Source: Chlamydiia bacterium (GTDB lineage: Bacteria; Chlamydiota; Chlamydiia; Chlamydiales; JBMOFD01). From it: 15,152 nucleotides of DNA. The position numbers and the translations under genes were made by a program. The notes under the pieces are model-generated. The model saw only the letters and a program-made list of their open reading frames with translations. It had not been told where the DNA came from and searched no databases. The stretch lies in assembly GCA_049314435.1 (NCBI GenBank), contig JBMOFD010000044.1, positions 1 to 15,152 on the forward strand, in the 5' to 3' direction. Every line of letters begins with the position of its first letter. Within the stretch, counting starts at the first letter, position 1. Shown here one piece after another: positions 1-6,266 of this stretch.

Positions 1-17
1 AGCACAATCATTGCCAA
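1..17 (-). promoter_or_regulatory. Candidate sigma-54 (-24/-12) promoter facing out of the window to the left
   Basis: The reverse complement of 1-17 is TTGGCAATGATTGTGCT. It has GG-N10-GC with TGGCA and TGCT flanks and 3 mismatches to the consensus YTGGCACGRNNNTTGCW. The target gene lies outside the window. Confidence 0.4.
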
Positions 18-38
18 AAACAAATTCAACTTTACAAT
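11..38 (+). promoter_or_regulatory. Candidate sigma-70-type promoter for the mdh operon
   Basis: TTGCCA (11-16), a 16-bp spacer and TACAAT (33-38) lie in a strongly AT-rich stretch, ending 25 nt upstream of the mdh ATG. Confidence 0.45.
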
Positions 39-63
39 GCGTATAAAATAACAATTTAGATCC

Positions 64-1047
64 ATGTCTCCACAGACGTTCACACTCGCTGTCACCGGTG
101 CTGCAGGGCAGGTTGCTTATGCTTGGCTCTTTCTGCAGCTGCACCAGCTTGAAAGGCAGGGGATGAGCGTTGATCTGCGGCTTTGTGATGTGGAGGCTCA
201 GCAGGGAAATCTGCGTTGCATCGCGGATGAGCTCATCGACTGTGCTAGTCCTGCATTGCGAGCGGTGAGCTGTCATCAAAGCCCTGAAGAGGCCTTTGAG
301 GGGGCTTCCTCGATTGTGCTGTTTGGTGGATTGGCGAGGCAGCCTGGGATGTCGAGATCGGATCTTCTGCTGACCAACGCTTCGATCATGGCGGACCATG
401 GCAAGGCCATTGGGAGGACAGCCGACCCGTGCTGTGACGTCTTGGTGGTGGCCAATCCTTGCAATACGAACGCTCTCGTGGCGTGGTCCCATAGTGGTCG
501 GTCGCCTCACTCATTTCGAGCGATGACACGCCTGGATCACCAGAGGGCTGCGGCTGCTTTGGCCCAACATATAGGTGTTCCGGTTGCGGAGGTATCGCGA
601 GCCTGTGTCTGGGGCAACCACTCTGAGACCTGCGTGCCCGATCGATGGCATGCGCGTGTGGGAGGCAAGCCAGCCGTCTCGGTTGTCCCAGAGAGCTGGC
701 TAGCGGACGAGTGGCCGGCCCGCGTTCGAGGCAGGGGAGGAGACCTTCTTCGCCGGCGAGGTCATAGCGCGGCGGGGAGTGCAGCCTGGGCGGCGCTTTT
801 GGCTTGGCGGGATCCAAGAGCGCTTTCTCCTGGAGAATGGGCGAGTTGTGGACTCTGGACTGAGGAGGGGACACAACTTCCTGCTGGACTCTATTGTGGT
901 GTCGCCTGTACCTCAATGAATGGAAGGCTGACATGGGTAGCTGATGCCCTGGAGCCGGACCTGCTCGCAGCACTGCGTCCCTCTCTTCAAGAGCTCACGG
1001 AAGAGAGAGACACAGTGCGGCATCTCTTGGGAGGGGGAGGAGCATGA
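64..1047 (+). CDS. mdh: Malate dehydrogenase (cytosolic-like/type 2 MDH family)
   Basis: Rossmann motif AVTGAAGQVAY, ELIDCASP, substrate loop ARQPGMSRSDLL with both Arg residues, VLVVANPCNTNAL, MTRLDHQRA, catalytic VWGNHS and C-terminal RGG...RGHSAAGSAA. The 327-aa length is typical. Confidence 0.93.
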   Translation: MSPQTFTLAVTGAAGQVAYAWLFLQLHQLERQGMSVDLRLCDVEAQQGNLRCIADELIDCASPALRAVSCHQSPEEAFEGASSIVLFGGLARQPGMSRSDLLLTNASIMADHGKAIGRTADPCCDVLVVANPCNTNALVAWSHSGRSPHSFRAMTRLDHQRAAAALAQHIGVPVAEVSRACVWGNHSETCVPDRWHARVGGKPAVSVVPESWLADEWPARVRGRGGDLLRRRGHSAAGSAAWAALLAWRDPRALSPGEWASCGLWTEEGTQLPAGLYCGVACTSMNGRLTWVADALEPDLLAALRPSLQELTEERDTVRHLLGGGGA

Positions 1048-1727
1048 AACCAACTATGGCGTTGGCGGCGAGTCCCTTTGCGGACGCGCCCCTGCTGACA
1101 CATTTTGCGGCTACTTTGGCCCATCGCTTGCGCAATCCATTAACTGGGATTAGCACAGCCATCCAACTCTTGCAGATGCAGGAGCAGGGAGGGCAGCTGC
1201 ACCATTTGATCGAACAGGAGATCCAGCGGATCGACGCGGTGGTCAAGGAGATGCTCCATTTCGCCGACCAGCCGATGGAACCTCCACAGGAGATCCCATT
1301 AGAAACGCATCTACTTCCTCTATTGCCCTGCGAGCGCGATTTCATCTGGGATGGTCTAGAGGGTAATCCCTACGTCGTATGTCGACCTCTAGAGCTCGCC
1401 CAAGTCCTACACACTCTCCTTCACTACCTCCACAGTGTGACTCCAGATCACCTTCCGATTCACGTACGAGTGACTCGTCATGCAGGACAACCCCACCCGC
1501 ATCTAGCGCTGCGGCTGGCTCAATCAGATGAGTCGGGTGTTGTCCTCTGTACGGGCAGAACGGGGTGGTTTGGTGATGAGGAGCGGATCCCTGGTTCCAG
1601 TATGGCCCTCTCCATGGTCCAGACGATCCTCCTTAGTTATGGTCTCCAGCTGCGTGCTCAAAAGACAGCCACCGACGATCGTATCCTGATCGCCGAGCTT
1701 CCGATCATGCCCCTGGAGCTTGCATGA
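1044..1727 (+). CDS. Sensor-less HisKA-domain protein with a degenerate ATPase domain (AtoS/CtcB-like position; probable pseudo-kinase or phosphotransferase)
   Basis: H-box-like FAATLAHRLRNPLTGI (His27, codon 1122-1124) is followed by the helix IEQEIQRIDAVVKEMLHFA. Remnant N-box ELAQVLHTLLHY and remnant G2 box GSSMALSMVQTILLSYG are present. The start overlaps the mdh stop (ATGA) after a GGAGG RBS, directly upstream of a response regulator. Confidence 0.8.
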   Translation: MKPTMALAASPFADAPLLTHFAATLAHRLRNPLTGISTAIQLLQMQEQGGQLHHLIEQEIQRIDAVVKEMLHFADQPMEPPQEIPLETHLLPLLPCERDFIWDGLEGNPYVVCRPLELAQVLHTLLHYLHSVTPDHLPIHVRVTRHAGQPHPHLALRLAQSDESGVVLCTGRTGWFGDEERIPGSSMALSMVQTILLSYGLQLRAQKTATDDRILIAELPIMPLELA

Positions 1728-2917
1728 CCCTACGCCAGCTCTTGATCGTCGATGATGAGGAGAACATCCTCTTCGGCCTAAAGAAGCTCTTTGAATTGAA
1801 AGGATATGAGGTCCTAGCCGCGCCCGATGCGATGACAGCTTTGGGTTGGCTGCGTGCCAAGAAAGGACAGCGTATCGAACCGGAGGCGATGCTCCTCGAT
1901 GTGCAGCTGCCAGACGCGCTCGGTTTAGATGTCCTGCGCGAGGTGCGCAAACTACGACCTACGATGCCCGTTTTGATGATCACAGGTCATGGCAATGTAC
2001 CAGAGGCGGTTGCCGCACTCCAACTTGGCGCCTCAGACTATATCCTTAAGCCGTTCCATGTGGATGAGATCCATGGTCGTTTGCAACGTGCACTAGAAGC
2101 TAAACGTAATGCAGGCAGCAAAGGACCGCGTTCTCAAGGTGCCATGGAGCCCGATGTCTGGGCCATGGGCCCCAACCCACAGATGGCTCTTCTCCTGGAT
2201 CGTCTTGAACGGACCGCGGCTAGTCCCGCAACGACGGTACTGATCTACGGGGAAACAGGAACGGGTAAGGAGCTGGTTGCTCGACGCCTACATAGCCTGG
2301 GCGAGCGCGCCTCTCGTCCACTGATCGAGATCAATGCGGCGGCACTCACCAAAGAGCTGCTGGAAAGTGAACTCTTCGGTCACGAAGCAGGGGCGTTCAC
2401 TGGCGCCACAAGACAAAAGAGGGGCCTCTTTGAAGCGGCTCACGGCGGGACACTCTTTCTAGATGAAGTGGGAGATATGGAGCTGGGCATCCAAGCCAAG
2501 CTCTTGAGAGCTCTACAAGAAAGAAGGATCCGTCGCGTGGGCGGGCTAGAACATATCGAGGTCGATGTTCGATTTGTAGCCGCTACCAATAAGGACCTAG
2601 CTCAAGAAGTGAAGGCTGGACGATTTAGAGAGGACCTTTTCTACCGCTTAAATGTCGTCTCTCTCCATGTGCCAGCTCTCAGAGACCGCTTGGATGACTT
2701 GGAAGCGCTGGTGCTCCACTGGCTTGAGCGTCTCAATCGAGAACTCAACCGGTCAGTCAAAAGCGTTTCTCCAGAAGCTCTAGCTCGGCTACAGCAGCAT
2801 CCCTGGCCAGGCAATATCCGGGAGCTGCGCAATTGTTTAGAACGAGCCCTGCTTCTAGAATGCTCAGGTGAGGAACTCGCTGCTGAACATCTTCAGTTCT
2901 TGCGTCCCGCAGACTGA
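1724..2917 (+). CDS. Sigma-54-dependent response regulator (NtrC/AtoC family; REC + AAA+), lacking the C-terminal HTH
   Basis: The receiver domain has LLIVDDE, LLDVQLP (phospho-Asp), MITGHG and YILKPF. The AAA+ domain has GETGTGKE (Walker A), ESELFGHEAGAFTGA, LFLDEVG (Walker B), FREDLFYRLNV and WPGNIRELRNCLERA. The start has an ATGA overlap with the upstream gene. Confidence 0.95.
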   Translation: MTLRQLLIVDDEENILFGLKKLFELKGYEVLAAPDAMTALGWLRAKKGQRIEPEAMLLDVQLPDALGLDVLREVRKLRPTMPVLMITGHGNVPEAVAALQLGASDYILKPFHVDEIHGRLQRALEAKRNAGSKGPRSQGAMEPDVWAMGPNPQMALLLDRLERTAASPATTVLIYGETGTGKELVARRLHSLGERASRPLIEINAAALTKELLESELFGHEAGAFTGATRQKRGLFEAAHGGTLFLDEVGDMELGIQAKLLRALQERRIRRVGGLEHIEVDVRFVAATNKDLAQEVKAGRFREDLFYRLNVVSLHVPALRDRLDDLEALVLHWLERLNRELNRSVKSVSPEALARLQQHPWPGNIRELRNCLERALLLECSGEELAAEHLQFLRPAD

Positions 2918-2961
2918 GTCCGCTCCGATCCGTGTTTTCTCTGTGAAAGGGAAGTCGCTGC

Positions 2962-3981
2962 ATGCCAGCTCCATCTATTAGCGTCGTCGGAGCTGGCTTA
3001 GCAGGTCTGGCCATTGCAGAGGCTCTTCTACAGAGGGGCGCCCATGTGACGCTCATCGAACAGACAGGCGTGGGGGCAGGAGCCAGTGGGGCAGCCACTG
3101 GCCTGCTTCACCCCTTTCCAGGCCTGCGTGCTCAGATACCATGGGAAGGAGAAACCGCCTTCTCTGCCGCGTGCCAGCAGGTGACCATCTGCTCCGACAT
3201 CGAGCCGGACGTCATTCTGGCTAGGGGCGTATGGCGCCCTTGTAATCCTTCGCAGTCTGACGCCTTTCGCAAAGTGGCCACTGCACACGGCACCGATTTC
3301 CATGTGCAGTGGTGTGAAGCGGGACCTCCGGTGGCTCTTCCAGCGGGTATTGCCGCCCAAGAGGGGCTTTGGATTCCCAATGGACTCGTCGTGGATGTGC
3401 CTCTCTACCTCGCCACCTGGTGTCAGGACCTCGTCCAGAGGGGCATGAAGTGGGAGCAGAGATCTTGGTCCCCATCGGATATCACAGGCATCACCGTCCT
3501 GGCCACCGGTGCGGAGCTGGGGCGTAGCCTGGGCCTGGAGCTGGTTCGTGGACAGTCCCTCTGCCTGCAAGTTCCCGATGCGGTTCCTCTCAGCTGCGGT
3601 GTGGCGGGGCGTGCCTATATCGCTCCAGGTCATCATGGATGGTGGGTCGGTGCAACCTTTGAGCATGGAGCGACGGATTTGGTCCCTTCACCTGAGGCGG
3701 CTAAGGAGCTCCTGAGGCCTCGATTGAGTGAGATATGGCATGGACCTACGCCTCTTCTGGATCAGCCTCTTCTTGAGATCCGAACTGGCTTTCGAGTGAG
3801 TGCCCCGAGCCACTTGCCTGTTGTAGGGCGGTGGCACGGTGATGTATGGATCTATTCAGGACTCGGTAGTAAAGGGCTCATCTACCACACGTATGTGGGG
3901 GATTTGCTGGCCCAAGCCATATTGGAGGGCAGACCTCTTCCCGATCCGATTCAGTATCGACCTAAAGAGGTGGCCACGTGA
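2962..3981 (+). CDS. FAD-dependent oxidoreductase, DAO/glycine-oxidase family (resembles the MnmC oxidase domain)
   Basis: Motifs VVGAGLAG (GxGxxG), TLIEQ, GASGAATGLLHP, VRGQ, VGATFE, TGFRV...HLPVVG and GLGSKGL are present. The substrate cannot be assigned from sequence. Confidence 0.88.
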   Translation: MPAPSISVVGAGLAGLAIAEALLQRGAHVTLIEQTGVGAGASGAATGLLHPFPGLRAQIPWEGETAFSAACQQVTICSDIEPDVILARGVWRPCNPSQSDAFRKVATAHGTDFHVQWCEAGPPVALPAGIAAQEGLWIPNGLVVDVPLYLATWCQDLVQRGMKWEQRSWSPSDITGITVLATGAELGRSLGLELVRGQSLCLQVPDAVPLSCGVAGRAYIAPGHHGWWVGATFEHGATDLVPSPEAAKELLRPRLSEIWHGPTPLLDQPLLEIRTGFRVSAPSHLPVVGRWHGDVWIYSGLGSKGLIYHTYVGDLLAQAILEGRPLPDPIQYRPKEVAT

Positions 3982-4796
3982 ACGATGCTCAACTGCTTGG
4001 CTGCGGCGCCTCCATGGGAGTGCCCGTCATCGGATGTCGATGCGCGGTCTGCACCAGCCGCGATCCTAGGAACCAGCGCTTGAGAAGCTCCATGCTGGTG
4101 CGGGCGGAGCGACCTGCAGAAGATCCGATGGCTCTGCCTATCACCCTCCTCGTTGATTGCGGTCCCGATTTTCGCGCACAAGCTCTCCGTACCCACTTAG
4201 ACCGTCTCGACGCTGTGCTGATCACGCACGCTCACATGGATCATATCGGTGGCATCGATGATCTAAGGGCCTTCACTGTCGATGGGCAGGGGCCTCTGCC
4301 CCTGATCTGCCACGAGTCGGCTGTTGAGGACCTCCGCATGCGCCATCACTACATGTTGCAGACGCGTGAAGGGAAGAAGCACCCTCAGTTAACCCTAGAA
4401 GTTCTGCATGGAGATCTGGGAGAGTTTTCCTTCGCGGGCGAGACCATTCAGTGGATCACGTTTGATCAGATGGGAACTCTGGTAGTGGGGTATCGGCTAG
4501 GGGATCTTGCCTACATCACCGATATGTGTGAGCCACCGGAAAGGCTGGGTGAATTCTTACAGGGCGTGCAGACTCTAGTGCTCAGCGCACTCCAGAGGAA
4601 GAGCCACGCCTACTTCTTAAGTGTTGCAGAAGCCGTCGCACTGGCCCAGCAATGGAAGGTGCCACGTACAATCCTTACCCATTTGTCCCATGACGTAGAT
4701 GCCGTTTCAGTGTCAGCGACACTACCCCCCAGCGTTGAATTAGGATATGATGGGTTAGCCATTGAGTGGTCGCGGCTTACTCCGAGAAAATCATGA
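3978..4796 (+). CDS. phnP: MBL-fold metallo-hydrolase, PhnP-like phosphodiesterase
   Basis: The GTG start overlaps the upstream stop (GTGA) after an AGAGG RBS. Motifs are LGCGASMGVPVIGCRCAVC (CxCxxC), RNQRLRSS, LVDCGPDFRAQ, the metal motif THAHMDH (HxHxDH), AYITD, LTHLSH and GYDG. The symbol reflects the family name only; no phosphonate genes are nearby. Confidence 0.88.
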   Translation: MNDAQLLGCGASMGVPVIGCRCAVCTSRDPRNQRLRSSMLVRAERPAEDPMALPITLLVDCGPDFRAQALRTHLDRLDAVLITHAHMDHIGGIDDLRAFTVDGQGPLPLICHESAVEDLRMRHHYMLQTREGKKHPQLTLEVLHGDLGEFSFAGETIQWITFDQMGTLVVGYRLGDLAYITDMCEPPERLGEFLQGVQTLVLSALQRKSHAYFLSVAEAVALAQQWKVPRTILTHLSHDVDAVSVSATLPPSVELGYDGLAIEWSRLTPRKS

Positions 4797-6175
4797 AAGA
4801 TACAACACCAGTCGTTCCCCTCGACGATGAAGAGTGGAAAGCAGCCGGAGATCTGAGCTCGAGGCTAGATCCCGCTCAGTGGCTAAAGACGGCCTCTGAA
4901 GGTGGTCTGCGCTGTCTTCTTATTGGGGTCTACGAAGGTCAGGCGGGAAAGGCCCCCGCCGAAGAGAACATCAAGGAGCTGGAGCGGTTGTGCGACACCT
5001 TTGGGATCGACGGAACAGCCTCTCTGCTTTGCCCTCTACGGAAAATCGATCCAGCGACCTTTTTAGGTAGCGGTAAGATCGAGGAGATCCACCAGATCTG
5101 CCAGGAGCAGAATTTCCAGGCGGTGGTCTTCGATGAGGAGATCTCGCCAGCACAGCAGCGTAACCTAGAAGAATTGCTCCGCAGGCCGGTATTAGACCGT
5201 ACTGAGGTCATCCTTGGTGTGTTTGCCCTTAGAGCCCACTCTAGAGAGGCCCGTCTCCAAACGGAACTGGCCCAAGCCAAGTACCAGTTTCCCCGACTAC
5301 GACGACTCTGGACCCACCTTGGACGACAGTCTGGATCTGGGTCAGGAGGAGCCTATTTGAAAGGGGAGGGGGAAACCCAGCTGGAGATCGACCGTCGGCT
5401 TCTTCGACGTCGCATCGAGCGGCTGGAGCAGCAGCTCAAAGAAGTGCGCAAGCAGCGCGAAACGCAGCGGCATGCTCGCGAGCGGTCTGGGATCCCGACC
5501 TTTGCGATCATTGGCTACACAAACGCCGGTAAATCCACCCTCCTGAATGCCCTTACCCACGCGGGTGTGCTGGCCGAGGACAAGCTTTTTGCCACTCTAG
5601 ACACCACCACGCGCAAGTTTGCGCTGCCTAATCATCAGGAGATTCTTCTGATCGATACGGTAGGATTCATTCGCAAGCTGCCTCACCAGCTGGTGAAAGC
5701 CTTTAAGTCGACTATTGAGGAGGCCACCAAGGCGGATATTCTTCTGCATCTGGTCGATGCTAGCCATCCTAATGCCCTTGAACAGGCAAAGACGACCATA
5801 GAGGTACTTAAAGAGTTGGGTGCTGAGGATCGTCCTATCCTAACACTTCTGAACAAGATCGACGCCTGCTGCGACCGCATTGGTATTGAGCGTTTGCGCA
5901 TGACATTTGCGCGTGTCCTGCGCATCAGCGCCCTCACCCATGAGGGCTTTGATGAGCTCATGGAATCGATGCAGCAGATGCTGTCGGGGCTGAGAGACCG
6001 ACTTGTTCTACGCATTCCCCAGGCAGACTACGCCGTCGTATCTTTCATCCGTCAGCATGGGCATGTGGTGTCTGAAGAATATGATGAGAACGACGTCATT
6101 GTGACCTGCGATCTACCTAAGACGATGCGCCACCAGGTGCGCAAGTATGAGCCTGCGGAAGAGAATCAGGCGTAG
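4793..6175 (+). CDS. hflX: GTPase HflX (ribosome-splitting GTPase)
   Basis: Motifs are ATFLGSGK, ISPAQQRNLE, DRTEVILGVFA, GEGETQLEIDRR, G1 GYTNAGKST, G2 LFATLDTT, G3 DTVGF, G4 NKID and G5 ISA. The start is placed at ATG 4793 (ATGA overlap with the phnP stop, as for the other genes) rather than GTG 4766. Confidence 0.96.
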   Translation: MKDTTPVVPLDDEEWKAAGDLSSRLDPAQWLKTASEGGLRCLLIGVYEGQAGKAPAEENIKELERLCDTFGIDGTASLLCPLRKIDPATFLGSGKIEEIHQICQEQNFQAVVFDEEISPAQQRNLEELLRRPVLDRTEVILGVFALRAHSREARLQTELAQAKYQFPRLRRLWTHLGRQSGSGSGGAYLKGEGETQLEIDRRLLRRRIERLEQQLKEVRKQRETQRHARERSGIPTFAIIGYTNAGKSTLLNALTHAGVLAEDKLFATLDTTTRKFALPNHQEILLIDTVGFIRKLPHQLVKAFKSTIEEATKADILLHLVDASHPNALEQAKTTIEVLKELGAEDRPILTLLNKIDACCDRIGIERLRMTFARVLRISALTHEGFDELMESMQQMLSGLRDRLVLRIPQADYAVVSFIRQHGHVVSEEYDENDVIVTCDLPKTMRHQVRKYEPAEENQA

Positions 6176-6176
6176 C

Positions 6177-6227
6177 GGGGGTGTGGGGCGCTGCCCCACG
6201 GCCCCACTGAAGGACTCCGTCCTTCAG
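6177..6227. repeat. GC-rich tandem hairpins (REP-like element or possible terminator) between convergent genes
   Basis: Hairpin 1 is GTGGGGC-gct-GCCCCAC (6183-6199), extendable by GGGG 6177-6180 pairing with CCCC 6202-6205. Hairpin 2 is CTGAAGGAC-tcc-GTCCTTCAG (6207-6227), a perfect 9-bp stem. There is no U-tract on either strand. Confidence 0.6.
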
Positions 6228-6266
6228 ACTACCTGAGTGATGGAGCACAACCATTCGTGACTGGAT

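Noticed and set aside
1..15. Plus-strand sigma-54-like motif AGCAC-AATCA-TTGC upstream of mdh
   Set aside because: The invariant GG at -24 reads AG. The minus-strand reading fits better.
64..1047. Possibility that the divergent MDH is a lactate dehydrogenase or a pseudogene
   Set aside because: The malate-specifying Arg in ARQPGMSR, the RLD Asp and the GNH His are all intact in a full-length frame.
2918..2961. Frameshifted HTH of the response regulator
   Set aside because: Only 44 bp lie before the next gene, too short for a Fis-type HTH.
4766..4792. Upstream GTG start for hflX from the ORF track
   Set aside because: It overlaps phnP by 31 bp. ATG 4793 gives the same 4-bp coupling seen at the other junctions.
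3978..4796. Phosphonate (C-P lyase) pathway or antibiotic beta-lactamase
   Set aside because: No other phn genes are present and there is no signal peptide. The motifs fit a stand-alone PhnP-like phosphodiesterase.
276..6015. Antisense and alternative-frame ORFs over the operon (e.g. 386-973, 3028-3666)
   Set aside because: They are fully nested in genes with strong family motifs and show no recognisable domains. Such shadow ORFs are expected in GC-rich DNA.
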